DNA of 64,000 nt, taken from contig CAVYRJ010000004.1 of the NCBI GenBank assembly GCA_963770935.1, forward strand, positions 32,001-96,000. The letters are read 5' to 3'. Position 1 is the first letter of the stretch, and every line of letters begins with the position of its first letter. Source of the DNA: Candidatus Bathyarchaeota archaeon. Lineage in GTDB: Archaea > Thermoproteota > Bathyarchaeia > Bathyarchaeales > Bathycorpusculaceae. The notes below the pieces were generated by a model. The model was not told the origin of the DNA. It saw nothing but the letters and a program-made list of their open reading frames with translations, and did not search any database. The translations under genes and the position numbers were made by a program. This document shows, in pieces, positions 9,144 through 18,836 of the stretch.

Positions 9144-9171
9144 TAATTGTCTAAAAAAAGCAAGTAAAAAA

Positions 9172-9191
9172 CGTATTTAAATATATTGTTA
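9172..9191. promoter_or_regulatory. Putative ArsR operator between divergent arsC and arsR2
   Basis: CGTATTTAAATATATTGTTA, similar to the 7460 palindrome. Confidence 0.45.
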
Positions 9192-9211
9192 TCCTAATAT
9201 TTTTGAGGTCA

Positions 9212-9570
9212 ATGAGTCAACTCAAAAATCAGATAAGCGATTGAAGCGATTGCGGAATCAGGCATTTGTTCTTGCGAAAAAGCCTCCGAATATGCAGGAT
9301 GAATTAAAAGAGCTGGCTGATAAGAACTTAAGCATAGAAAAGCAGTGAAGTAAAAGCAAGCTCTTCAAAGCTCTTGCAGATCTCATCAGGTTGAGAATTT
9401 TAGGGTTGCTTTCATTCCGGGAAATGTGTGTTTGTGAGGTGATGGTTGCTTTAGGATCTCACTCAACCGACTGCTTCTCATCATCTTAGGATTCTTAGAA
9501 AATGTTAGCTTAGTGAAAGATCGAAAGGAAGGAAAATGGGTTTTTTATAATCTTTGGAAGCCTAAAAATA
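9212..9570 (+). pseudogene. arsR: Second ArsR-family regulator, multiply frameshifted
   Basis: Reconstructed across indels as SKLFKALADLIRLRILGLLSFREMCVCEVMVAL.LTQPTASHHLRILENVSLVKDRKEGKWVFYNL; end coordinate approximate. Confidence 0.75.
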
Positions 9571-9592
9571 ACAAACCGTCTTTTGAAAACTG

Positions 9593-9623
9593 TAACAACA
9601 TATTTAAGTATTTGAATATGTTA
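9593..9623. promoter_or_regulatory. Putative ArsR operator upstream of acr3
   Basis: TAACAACATATTTAAGTATTTGAATATGTTA, an imperfect inverted repeat with the same core. Confidence 0.45.
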
Positions 9624-9650
9624 TTAAGCAAATCGTATAAGGTGGGTCTC

Positions 9651-10709
9651 ATGGAAACAAAAAAAGAGCATGCTGAACACGTAAAACAAGAATTATCTCT
9701 TGGTTTATGGGAGAAATACTTGACTGTATGGATAGCCATATGCATAGTTGTTGGCTTGCTTGTTGGCAGGTTCATACCAGCATTTGGCGAGTTCATGGAT
9801 TCGCTAAAATTTGCACACCTCTCCATACCCATCGGCATACTTTTGTTTTTCATGATGTATCCAACTGTTTTGGGCATTCGATTTAGCGATGTGAAAATGG
9901 CTTCCAAAAACCCCAAACCACTAATGGTTACTCTAATTGCCAACTGGGTTGTGGCCCCAATCATAATGACAATCTACGCTAATTATTTTCTCGCTGGAAA
10001 CCCCCAGTATATCGCCGGAGTTATACTTCTCGGCTTATCACCTTGTACTGCCATGGTTATGTGGTGGATGCTTCTAGCAAAAGGAAACATGGCTCAGGGT
10101 TTGATCAACACTGCCGTAAATGCCATGATTATGCTGGTTTTGTATGCTCCTCTTGCAGCGTTGTACTTAGGGGTTAGCAGTATTCCGGTTCCTTGGGATT
10201 TAATAGCGCTTAGTGTTTTAGCATTTATTGCGCTTCCAATAGCGGCAGGCGCGTTATCGCGACGGTACATAATTCGTAAGAAGGGTGAAGAATGGTTCCA
10301 TAATGTGTATACTGCGGCTGTCGGCAAGGTTTCTATCGTCGCTCTGCTTTTAACCTTGATAGTACTTTTCTCTTTTGCAGGTCAAACAATCCTAAATGAT
10401 CCTCTTCTTGTAGGTTACATTGCAATACCCAATCTGTTGCACTATGCAACCATGATTGCATGGACATATCCTCTGGGGTATTTCTTAGGCTGGAAGTATG
10501 AAACTGCAATCGACACAACACTCATTGGCAGCAGCAGTCATTTCGAAGTTGCAATAGCCGTAGCAGTAACGCTTTATGGTATTGGTTCAGGAGCTGCACT
10601 TGCGACGGTAATCGGTCCACTGTTCGAGGTGCCTTTGATGCTATCACTTGTGTGGCTAGGATTACGTACAAGAAAGTATTTCCCAAGAAAGAAACGTGAG
10701 AAAGTTTAA
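9651..10709 (+). CDS. acr3: Arsenite efflux transporter Acr3
   Basis: MMYP, LIANWVVAP, LLGLSPCTAMV, SSHFEVAIAVA, GPLFEVP; start ATG 9651 because the upstream part of the listed ORF is the arsR2 tail. Confidence 0.93.
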   Translation: METKKEHAEHVKQELSLGLWEKYLTVWIAICIVVGLLVGRFIPAFGEFMDSLKFAHLSIPIGILLFFMMYPTVLGIRFSDVKMASKNPKPLMVTLIANWVVAPIIMTIYANYFLAGNPQYIAGVILLGLSPCTAMVMWWMLLAKGNMAQGLINTAVNAMIMLVLYAPLAALYLGVSSIPVPWDLIALSVLAFIALPIAAGALSRRYIIRKKGEEWFHNVYTAAVGKVSIVALLLTLIVLFSFAGQTILNDPLLVGYIAIPNLLHYATMIAWTYPLGYFLGWKYETAIDTTLIGSSSHFEVAIAVAVTLYGIGSGAALATVIGPLFEVPLMLSLVWLGLRTRKYFPRKKREKV

Positions 10710-10721
10710 AGAGAACAAGTC

Positions 10722-11498
10722 ATGGTGAATAAAATGAAAGACAAAAATGAAGAAGTAAAAAGAACTGTTAGAAAAGCGTACTCAAAAGTAGCGACCAATA
10801 GCAATTCTTGCTGTTGCTCCTGCGGATGCGGAAGTGCCGATCAACAAACCATTAAGAAAATATCTAAAAGAGTAGGCTATTCAGAAGAGGAAATGAATGC
10901 TGTTCCAGAAGCCAATCTTGGATTAGGCTGTGGAAACCCAACAGCATTTGGTAACATCAAAGAAGGCGACGTTGTCCTTGATCTTGGAAGCGGCGCCGGA
11001 TTTGACTGCTTCTTAGCCTCGAAAAAGGTTGGTAAAAATGGAAAAGTTATTGGCGTTGACATGACTGAAGAAATGATAGCTAAGGCCAGAATCCTTGCTA
11101 AGGAGAATGGTTACTCAAACGTTGAGTTTAGGCTTGGCGATATTGAAAAACTTCCCCTCGATGACAATTCTGTTGATGTAATAATTAGCAATTGCGTGAT
11201 TAACCTTGCGCCAGACAAATTGCAGGTATTCAAAGAAGCATATCGTATTCTGAAAAGCAGTGGCAAAATGTACGTTTCTGACATTGTTCTCCTCGGGAAA
11301 CTAACGGAAGAGCAGCTAAAGGACGAAGATTTGCTTACCGGCTGCGTAGCAGGCGCTTTACACAAAGATGATTACTTAGCCAAGCTCAAGCAAGCAGGAT
11401 TTAGAGTTAACATCATTGCGGAAGACAAAGAACTAAGCAAAACACAATACAACGAATTGCCTATTGAGAGCATTAAGATTGAGGCAATGAAGCCTTAA
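10722..11498 (+). CDS. arsM: Arsenite S-adenosylmethionine methyltransferase
   Basis: Cys-rich [41 protein letters not shown]. Confidence 0.93.
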   Translation: MVNKMKDKNEEVKRTVRKAYSKVATNSNSCCCSCGCGSADQQTIKKISKRVGYSEEEMNAVPEANLGLGCGNPTAFGNIKEGDVVLDLGSGAGFDCFLASKKVGKNGKVIGVDMTEEMIAKARILAKENGYSNVEFRLGDIEKLPLDDNSVDVIISNCVINLAPDKLQVFKEAYRILKSSGKMYVSDIVLLGKLTEEQLKDEDLLTGCVAGALHKDDYLAKLKQAGFRVNIIAEDKELSKTQYNELPIESIKIEAMKP

Positions 11499-11620
11499 CT
11501 TTCTATTATTTTTAATGAAGTGCTGATTGGCGCTGTTTTTTTACTAAAGCTGTTTCAGTATAAAACAAAGTTAAAATCAAAAATATAGGCGACGACTTCA
11601 ACAGCTTTCCTCATTGCAAA

Positions 11621-12889
11621 TTAAAGCGGGTAGGTGGGTATGTAGTCGGGTGCGTTTGTGTCTTCTTCTGTTGTACATGTTGCTTCTTCAGGGGGGTCTT
11701 TTTCGTATGCTCTTCTTAGAAGAAGCGGCGCCAAAACAGTTGTTATCATGATCATCCCTAAGATAGCAGCATAAGTACTCTGGGTGATGGCGCCTGCCGA
11801 GATGGCTACTCCAGCCACTATAAGACCCACTTCACCACGTGAAATCATTCCATAACCTACTTTAGCCCCTTTTGATCGATCTTTCAAGAAAAAGGCAGCT
11901 GGGATCCCGCAGCCGATCAATTTGCTTATTATAGCTACTATCACCAATGCTGCAAAGAAGGCGTAGAAGAACCAGTCAGAAGTAATAAAGCTCCTAATAT
12001 CAAATTGTGCCCCCGCTAACCCAAAGAAAACCGGCGAAAATATTACGCTTATTTTCTTCGTATAATCCTTTATTTTCTCAATCGTGTGGGAACTAGCAAT
12101 AGCCATGCCTGCGGCAAAAGCTCCCACGATAGGTGACAAACCAAGGACAGCAGCTAATGCGGAGGCGCCAAAACATGACGCTGTAGCTGCTGCCTCCACG
12201 GTTCCTTCTTTTCCTTTCGAGGTAAAATTAATTATTTTTGGAAGAACAATTGCCGCAAAAACTGTCAAGGCAAGCCATAATGCAAGAGAGGTGGAAACTA
12301 GGGCAATCACGCTTAATGCAGTAATAGGAGTTGAGGTGGAAATGAATGAAACAATCACACCTAAAATTGCCAGCCCCAACACGTCATCGACAACTGCAGC
12401 ACTAATCATCATTCTTGATTCTATCTTGTTGCATTGATTGAGTTCTTGCAGTACGAGCGCTGTTATAGAGATGCTTGTGGCCACAAGGGCTGCACCAACT
12501 ACTAAACCTGTTATGGTGCTTAACCCAAGAGCCAGTGCAAGTCCGTAACCCATTATGAAGGGAATTATGACCCCTAATGTTCCAATGACAAATCCGGCTG
12601 TGCCGACCTTTCTGAAATCTCTAAACGTCATCTCTAAACCCGCCACAAACAAGATCAGTATGCCCCCTATCTCTGCGAATGCTTGAACAATTTCATTTAT
12701 TTCAATTATTGGCGATCCATTTATGGCGATTAGGGAGCCAAAAGCGAATGGTCCAAGAAGGATTCCAGCGAGCAATTCACCTAGAACTGAGGGAATTTTT
12801 CTCCACGAAAAAATTTCGCCCAGCACCTTGGCTGAGAAAACCAAAATGCAAATAGTTACTATTGCCCTCAACGCTGGATCTAAAGCCAA
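11621..12889 (-). CDS. Cation:proton antiporter (CPA2, NapA/KefB-like)
   Basis: ~12 TM helices, LFVAGLE, ATSISIT, AAVVDDVLG, GMISRGEVGL. Confidence 0.9.
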   Translation of the reverse strand: MALDPALRAIVTICILVFSAKVLGEIFSWRKIPSVLGELLAGILLGPFAFGSLIAINGSPIIEINEIVQAFAEIGGILILFVAGLEMTFRDFRKVGTAGFVIGTLGVIIPFIMGYGLALALGLSTITGLVVGAALVATSISITALVLQELNQCNKIESRMMISAAVVDDVLGLAILGVIVSFISTSTPITALSVIALVSTSLALWLALTVFAAIVLPKIINFTSKGKEGTVEAAATASCFGASALAAVLGLSPIVGAFAAGMAIASSHTIEKIKDYTKKISVIFSPVFFGLAGAQFDIRSFITSDWFFYAFFAALVIVAIISKLIGCGIPAAFFLKDRSKGAKVGYGMISRGEVGLIVAGVAISAGAITQSTYAAILGMIMITTVLAPLLLRRAYEKDPPEEATCTTEEDTNAPDYIPTYPL

Positions 12890-13024
12890 TTACTACACCT
12901 TTCATCGGTCGCCATCAATTCATTTTGCATACTTTTGGGCTCAGTTAACGTTAGGCTTGAGGATGTACTTAAGACGATTGCTGATCAGTGTGGTTGATGT
13001 TTTGGCTCGCCTTAGGGTCAAGCA

Positions 13025-13732
13025 GTGATGGGACGAATCATGGTATTCATGCGATTTGTTTATGCGTCCGCCGAAAATGTCGATGGCGTTCGTTCTGTGA
13101 AGTGGTGTGTTTTCGCAGGATTTATTAAGAAAAATGGTAGTGACGTTGCTGAACGATACCTAAATCACAATGTAATCGAATCTCACAAGGTCTTAGCCGA
13201 GTATCAAAAGTATCAGCAAAGATTAGGACTAGAGCCCATTGAAGCATCTGAGATCGAAAGTATAACTGAAAAACGCCAACAGTTAATTGAGAAATATGGC
13301 GAGCATTACAAAAATAATTACGGTTGGGCAGCTTCAGTTCTTAAAAATCCAAATCCAACATTTACAGATATAGAGAGAGCTGACGAATCTAGCCATTTTA
13401 GACCGTATTATCGTTTGGCAAGTCATCACATACACTCAAATCCTAAGTGCATTCTCTGCAAACTTGGAACATCGACTTCCAATACAAGAATGATTCTTGT
13501 TGGACCAAGTAACGCGGGTTTGGCTGAACCTGGTCAAGGTATGGCAATATCCTTAGGTAAAATTGATGCTTTGCTAATAGGGATAGAACCAAGCTTTACT
13601 GGGATTACGATCCAAAAAGTGATCCAGCTTGGGGTGGGCATTTGTGGTCAGAGGTTTATACTGTTAGGACTGCGGGCGATGGAACTGGAGCAAAGATTGA
13701 AGAATACATCAACAGAAAATAGACCCGACTAA
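13025..13732 (+). pseudogene. DUF5677-like protein, N-terminally truncated/frameshifted
   Basis: YG..Y...YGWA, PTF.DIE, PYYRLASHHIH.N, GPSNAGL.EPG; an RWRS..EV motif lies out of frame at ~13080-13110 and the N-terminal half is missing. Confidence 0.55.
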
Positions 13733-13787
13733 GTGAACGTTAGTTTCTTGGAGATGCTCACCACGAAAGTGGCGAGTAGTTCACTTA
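13730..13787. repeat. Inverted repeat with an inner GAAA-capped hairpin, resembling an IS607/IS200-IS605 right-end remnant
   Basis: 9-bp IR TAAGTGAAC/GTTCACTTA; inner TGCTCACCAC-GAAA-GTGGCGAGTA followed by GTTCAC. Confidence 0.35.
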
Positions 13788-13791
13788 TAAG

Positions 13792-13913
13792 TGGTGCCGG
13801 GGGTGGGACTTGAACCCACGAAGGCCTGCGCCAGAGGATCTTAAGTCCTCCTCCATATCTTAGGCAATCAAATTATCTGGCCGCCTATTTAGACCTGGCT
13901 CGGATACCCCGGC
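13792..13913 (-). tRNA. tRNA-Leu(UAA) with 34-nt intron at position 22/23 (13855-13888), CCA encoded
   Basis: GCCGGGG/CCCCGGC acceptor, GAGGA-CT TAA GA-TCCTC anticodon arm, long variable arm, GTGGG-TTCAAGT-CCCAC T arm. Removing the intron restores the D arm TCC-GAGCCAGGTCTAA-GGA. Confidence 0.92.
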
Positions 13914-14080
13914 ACCAGCACCGATACAGTCAACATTGTCTTGTTTAAGTTTTTTGTATCTGGTTTGAAGGTATTGTTTGGTCACTTGGTCGTTAGATAA
14001 TTTGCCAGATGGTGTGGTTATTTGTTCTTTTTTCGTTACGGAGGGAGATAACTAGCAGGAGATTGTGAGGTTCCCAAAAA

Positions 14081-16957
14081 TTATCTGAAGCGTCTACTTA
14101 GTACCTTTCGTTCAGCTTCCAAAACCAACTCATAGAACTTGTCGGTGAGTTTTGGTTCCTTCTCCAAAACAGATTTGACATCCGCAGCGGAAACGCGTCT
14201 CGCACTAAGCGCTACCGCAGCTGGTTTGCCGTATTTTTCAATCAACTCCGCAGTCTGTTTAGCGTGCACTTGCATTTTCTCCTCGTTCTTGCCCAATTTT
14301 TCGCCCTTTTTTTCTATCAGGGGCAAAGCTTTCTCTTCCTCAATCTTGAGCATTCCAATCGCAAAAGACCCACACCTTGGGCATTTAGGTTTGTCGGGCA
14401 AGTCTTTGATGCATATCGACTCCATGTAGTCCCAACAGCTTGTGCATACAAAGTTACCTGTTTCGTTTAGCAATCTTGCTTTTGCAGATTCTACTAGGAC
14501 AGCGCGCATCTGCTCTGGAGGAATAAGATCAGTCTTCATACTAACGCGTTCAATCCCCACGCGAGCCACAGGCGTTGCGTTGCCACCAGTTTCAACAACC
14601 TGCAGCCTAACCTTACCATCACGAAGTCGCCCCAGCACCATAACCAGCCCATCACCGTCGATGTCTTTAGAAAAAACCTCTTTTAGCCCTTCCTCGTAAA
14701 TAGGGGTTCCCTCAAAACTCGTAATCAACTTTTGGATGCTTACGTTGCTAAAGTCAGCCCACTTCTTGAGCGCTCCAAAACGCCTAGCCACCTGAATCAC
14801 ACGACGCTTAAACAACCCGGTCTTCACCGTTGACAACGTAAGCGTGTTCCGTATGGCTTGCTCACCCATAACCTGAATTTCTTTTAAAACTTCAACAAGC
14901 CGCTCAGCAGTCATAGCGCCCATAGTTTGCACAAAAATCCGATATGGGTCATGCTGAACCACAATTCCACGACCAAGCTTATCAGACAACACCTGACCCA
15001 AAAGCTGAGCCAAAGCCCGATTAGTCAGCGAACCAAAATTCGAATGAACAATAACGAATTCGCCCCAATCCTCAACCACAATCCGCTCGGGAGTGGGAAC
15101 AGGAAAGCCGCTATGCACCTGCTCCAAAGTTTCATCTAAAGCATGAAGAATCGTCTCTCTGTCAGCTGGGTAACGTTCAGCAAGCAACGCGCTGATTTGC
15201 TCACCTGAAAAGCCGCTTTGGTTTTTCTCTTCCACAAAACCTCGGATTTCCGCTAGTTCCTGCGCCACCTCGTAGGGCACGGGGATTTCTTCTCCAATCC
15301 AGCTAGGTATGGAGCCTGTGGGGTCATCAACTGGTCGAACGTAAACTTTGTCTTCGGTGGTGTGGATTATTTGCCATGGGCTGCCGCGAATAATGAATTT
15401 TGTGCCTGGTTTGCCATATTCTGCCATGAAAGCTTCGTCTAAAACGCCGATGGAAGAATCCATGGATTCGTCGATGACAAGGAACTGTTTTTCCTCGGGA
15501 ATCATAGATAAATTGTCAAAATAATACTCAAACAGCGCTTTAGTCCGCTGGGGTCTTAGCACTACTTGGTCCTCAAATGATGCCCAAGCTAATCGGGGAA
15601 AACGATTGTGCATGTATTTGAGAATCTTCTCTACGTCAGCTATCGTGAGGTTCTCAAACGGTGCAGCATTTTTGAATATTCCTAAAATCTCGTTGAACGC
15701 TAATCGACGGTTCTTAAGCAATAACCCAGCGATTTGATGAGCTAAAACATCATAAGGTTTGTCAGGAATCGTAAGCGGCTCCAACTCTTCCGATAAAGCT
15801 CGTCGTGCAATAACTAACGCTTCAAGCGTGTCATCAGAGTCCATGCCGATAATTATACCCTCAGACAATTTCCCATAGGTGTGTCCTGCTCTGCCAGCAC
15901 GCTGAATAAGACGTGAAACTTGCCTTGGGCTCATATATTGGATTACAAGGTCGATATGCCCAACGTCAATCCCGAGTTCAAGACTGCTTGTCGCTATTAA
16001 CCCCTTAAGAGCCCCTTTTTTGAGCCCAGTTTCCGCGGCAATACGTGAGGGCTTAGCTAACGAGCCATGGTGAATTGAGATAGGAAAATCCACGTCCCAA
16101 ACTTTGAAGCGCGAAGCCAACACCTCCGAAACCGAACGTGTGTTTGTGAATAGGAGCACGGATTTGCGTTTGCTCATGTAGTCGCGGATAATGCGCAGCC
16201 TAGCCGCTACCTCTGGGTGGGTGTAGATTTTGGAGGCGAATTGTGCGTCCTCTTCAGTCGGTTTGGGATAAATAACCTGAAGTTTTACCATTTTAGCAAC
16301 GGGAACACGGATGATTTCAACAGGGCGTTTATCGCCAACAAGGAACTGGGCTACTTTGTCTGGGCTACCAACAGTGGCAGATAAGCCGACCATTTGGAAG
16401 TCTTTACCGATTAAATCGCGGATACGCTCCAGCGCCAATGATAGCTGACTTCCACGTTTGCTATCTGCTAACTCATGCACTTCATCGATTACTATCCAAC
16501 GCAGACTCTGCAGACTCTGACGCAGTAACCACCCAGTAAGAATCGCCTGCAACGTTTCAGGCGTTGTTATAAGGATGTCTGGGGGACATTGAGATTGGCG
16601 AGTGCGTTCTTTGGTTTCGGTGTCACCATGCCGAACAGCCAATTTAATGTCAAGGTTGTTGCACCACCACTGCAGCCGTTCCAGCAAATCCCGGTTTAAC
16701 GCTCGAAGCGGCGTTATGTAGAGGACTTTTATTCCTGGAGTTTTCGGTAACTGCAAAAGCATGCTTAAAATGGGCAGGAAAGCAGCTTCAGTTTTGCCTG
16801 TGGCTGTAGGCGAGATTAAGAGAACGTTTTTGCCGTCAAGGATTTTCGGTATGGTTTTTTCTTGGGGGTCAGTCGGTTTTAGGAATCCTTTTTGTTCCAC
16901 GAGCCTTCGAACTGGCTTTACAAGCATTTCAAAAGCGTTTTCAGAAGTGGCTTGCAA
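14081..16957 (-). CDS. lhr: Lhr-family SF2 helicase with C-terminal Zn-ribbon
   Basis: SPTATGKTEAA, YITPLRALNRD, DEVHE, HHGSL, ATSSLELGID, QRAGRAGH; CTSC...CPRC near the C-terminus. Confidence 0.92.
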   Translation of the reverse strand: MQATSENAFEMLVKPVRRLVEQKGFLKPTDPQEKTIPKILDGKNVLLISPTATGKTEAAFLPILSMLLQLPKTPGIKVLYITPLRALNRDLLERLQWWCNNLDIKLAVRHGDTETKERTRQSQCPPDILITTPETLQAILTGWLLRQSLQSLRWIVIDEVHELADSKRGSQLSLALERIRDLIGKDFQMVGLSATVGSPDKVAQFLVGDKRPVEIIRVPVAKMVKLQVIYPKPTEEDAQFASKIYTHPEVAARLRIIRDYMSKRKSVLLFTNTRSVSEVLASRFKVWDVDFPISIHHGSLAKPSRIAAETGLKKGALKGLIATSSLELGIDVGHIDLVIQYMSPRQVSRLIQRAGRAGHTYGKLSEGIIIGMDSDDTLEALVIARRALSEELEPLTIPDKPYDVLAHQIAGLLLKNRRLAFNEILGIFKNAAPFENLTIADVEKILKYMHNRFPRLAWASFEDQVVLRPQRTKALFEYYFDNLSMIPEEKQFLVIDESMDSSIGVLDEAFMAEYGKPGTKFIIRGSPWQIIHTTEDKVYVRPVDDPTGSIPSWIGEEIPVPYEVAQELAEIRGFVEEKNQSGFSGEQISALLAERYPADRETILHALDETLEQVHSGFPVPTPERIVVEDWGEFVIVHSNFGSLTNRALAQLLGQVLSDKLGRGIVVQHDPYRIFVQTMGAMTAERLVEVLKEIQVMGEQAIRNTLTLSTVKTGLFKRRVIQVARRFGALKKWADFSNVSIQKLITSFEGTPIYEEGLKEVFSKDIDGDGLVMVLGRLRDGKVRLQVVETGGNATPVARVGIERVSMKTDLIPPEQMRAVLVESAKARLLNETGNFVCTSCWDYMESICIKDLPDKPKCPRCGSFAIGMLKIEEEKALPLIEKKGEKLGKNEEKMQVHAKQTAELIEKYGKPAAVALSARRVSAADVKSVLEKEPKLTDKFYELVLEAERKVLSRRFR

Positions 16958-17244
16958 TATAAAGTGACCTTCGACTATAAAATGTAAGTTTAATTCGGCT
17001 ATAAAAGAAGTTGGGGATGAAAATCAACATTAACAGGTTAAATTGCGATTTATTGGCATTGTTCCATGCGAATAACCATGCTTTCAATATGTGCTTTCGA
17101 CACTTCTTTTACCATGGTTTGGCTGCATAGACAAAAAAATGTTTAATCTCCATGATGAAAAGAAAAATATCTATGCGAAAGCTACGGAAAGTTATTTATC
17201 CTATCAGCCTAAAGCATGGAAGCAACAACACGGAGGAAAATTAA

Positions 17245-17415
17245 ATGGGTAAATGTCCAAAATGCGGAACAGAAGTAGCAAAGCCAAAAAAGACATGGAA
17301 AATGGCAGGTCGTCCAGATAAAGCTGGAAAACGTATGCAACTAGAAATCGGACTCTACGAATGCCCAAAATGCGGCAACGTATTCCGCGAAGTGCTAAGT
17401 AAACAAAAAATCTAA
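17245..17415 (+). CDS. Cren7-like chromatin protein with Zn-ribbon (not in ORF track)
   Basis: MGKCPKCGTEVAKPKKTWKMAGRPDKAGKRMQLEIGLYECPKCGNVFREVLSKQKI; P.K.W ... IGL(Y/F)..P..G..FR matches Cren7; GGAGG RBS at 17232 and T-rich terminator at ~17461. Confidence 0.8.
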   Translation: MGKCPKCGTEVAKPKKTWKMAGRPDKAGKRMQLEIGLYECPKCGNVFREVLSKQKI

Positions 17416-17534
17416 ACCTTGCAACCTAACAGAAAATAGTTGCATAGTATTTGCACTCTCTATTTTTTCTTTTTCTAAAGCGGTAGTTTTAAAACCAAGC
17501 GTTTGTTAATGAACTGACACGTCAGGTTCTGCAG

Positions 17535-18200
17535 ATGGCAAAAGTAATTGATTTAAAGAAACTCTTGAAGAACGATTATTTTAAAACTGTAATGGCCATC
17601 GTTTTGATTGTTTTTATTATTGTAGGTTTTTTCTTCGGTATGACACTTGTTCTCGGGTCTGCTGTTCCAATTAGGGTTGTGGAAAGCGGTAGTATGTGTG
17701 TTCCCTTTGACGGCGGTTGCGACGGTTGGAGCCATCCCTTTGACCATACTTTGCATGTTGGAGATATAATAGTAATTCAACAAGTGAACCCAGCGGACCT
17801 TAAAGCCAACTACCCCGACAGCGACGTCATCGTTTACAGAAACCCCAACGGCGTCACACCCATAGTTCACCGCATAGTTGCGAAACAAGAAATCAACGGT
17901 ACACTTTATTTTAAAACTAAAGGTGACGGCAATGGACCTGTAACGTGGCCTGATGTTCCTAACTATTACGATAACATTCCCGATGCAAGAGGCGTTCCAC
18001 AAAACCTTATTGAAGGTAAGGTTATTTTACGGGTTCCCTGGTTTGGATGGATAACTCTTTTTATGAGGGGAAATCCTTGGGCTTTGCCCCTGATTATTGC
18101 CCTTATAATATTGCTCGTGGTTATCGAGTTTGTACTTCCTGTGGTTAAAGAAAAGAAGAGAAAAACTGCACAACAACCCGATAAAAATGTTCAACCATAG
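17535..18200 (+). CDS. sec11: Signal peptidase I (Sec11/S26B type)
   Basis: TM anchor, VVESGSM catalytic Ser, GDII, PIVHRI, KTKGD.N, C-terminal TM. Confidence 0.9.
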   Translation: MAKVIDLKKLLKNDYFKTVMAIVLIVFIIVGFFFGMTLVLGSAVPIRVVESGSMCVPFDGGCDGWSHPFDHTLHVGDIIVIQQVNPADLKANYPDSDVIVYRNPNGVTPIVHRIVAKQEINGTLYFKTKGDGNGPVTWPDVPNYYDNIPDARGVPQNLIEGKVILRVPWFGWITLFMRGNPWALPLIIALIILLVVIEFVLPVVKEKKRKTAQQPDKNVQP

Positions 18201-18270
18201 ATGTCTTTATAAAGAAAGCCTTTGATAAATGAACATTCAGGAAACACGATATGCAAGAGGGAAAAATTGT

Positions 18271-18831
18271 TTGCCCAAAACTAAAGCTACATTAAGCATA
18301 GAGAACGTGGTCGCATCTGCAACGCTCAACCAGAAAGTCGATTTAAACGCTGTTGTTAAGGGCTATCCAGGTGTTGAATACCGTCCTGAACAGTTTCCAG
18401 GCTTAGTTTTCCGATTGAAACGCCCAAAAACTGCCACTTTGATTTTTAATTCTGGAAAGATGGTTTGTACAGGCGCTAAATCAGAGAAAGAAGCACGTCG
18501 AGCCGTCATGAAAGTGGTTAAGGAACTCAAAAAAGGCGGCATAATAATCATCAGTAAACCAGAAATGAAAATCCAAAACATCGTTGCCTCAGGCGGACTC
18601 GGCGGCATGATTGATTTAGAAAAAGCGGCATACACGCTGGAGCATGCGATGTATGAGCCTGAACAGTTTCCAGGCTTAATTTACCGTATGGCAGAGCCTA
18701 AAGTTGTAATTCTGCTTTTTGCCAGCGGCAAACTGGTTTGCACTGGCGCTAAAAAAGAGCAAGACGTTTATGATGCAGTGGATAAATTGCATACGCTGCT
18801 TGAAGAAACCAGCCTAATTTTCTATGAATAA
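18271..18831 (+). CDS. tbp: TATA-box-binding protein
   Basis: Two repeats N(V/I)VAS...Y.PEQFPGL..R...PK...L(I/L)F.SGK.VCTGAK; likely TTG start 18271 (ORF track gives 18229). Confidence 0.97.
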   Translation: MPKTKATLSIENVVASATLNQKVDLNAVVKGYPGVEYRPEQFPGLVFRLKRPKTATLIFNSGKMVCTGAKSEKEARRAVMKVVKELKKGGIIIISKPEMKIQNIVASGGLGGMIDLEKAAYTLEHAMYEPEQFPGLIYRMAEPKVVILLFASGKLVCTGAKKEQDVYDAVDKLHTLLEETSLIFYE

Positions 18832-18836
18832 CCCTT

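Noticed and set aside
9513-9650. N-terminal extension of Acr3 in the ORF track
   Set aside because: It is the arsR2 tail plus the operator region; Acr3 starts at ATG 9651.
1085-13800. Provirus or integrated element spanning the tube genes to tRNA-Leu
   Set aside because: No integrase, capsid, terminase or portal gene, and no convincing att duplication.
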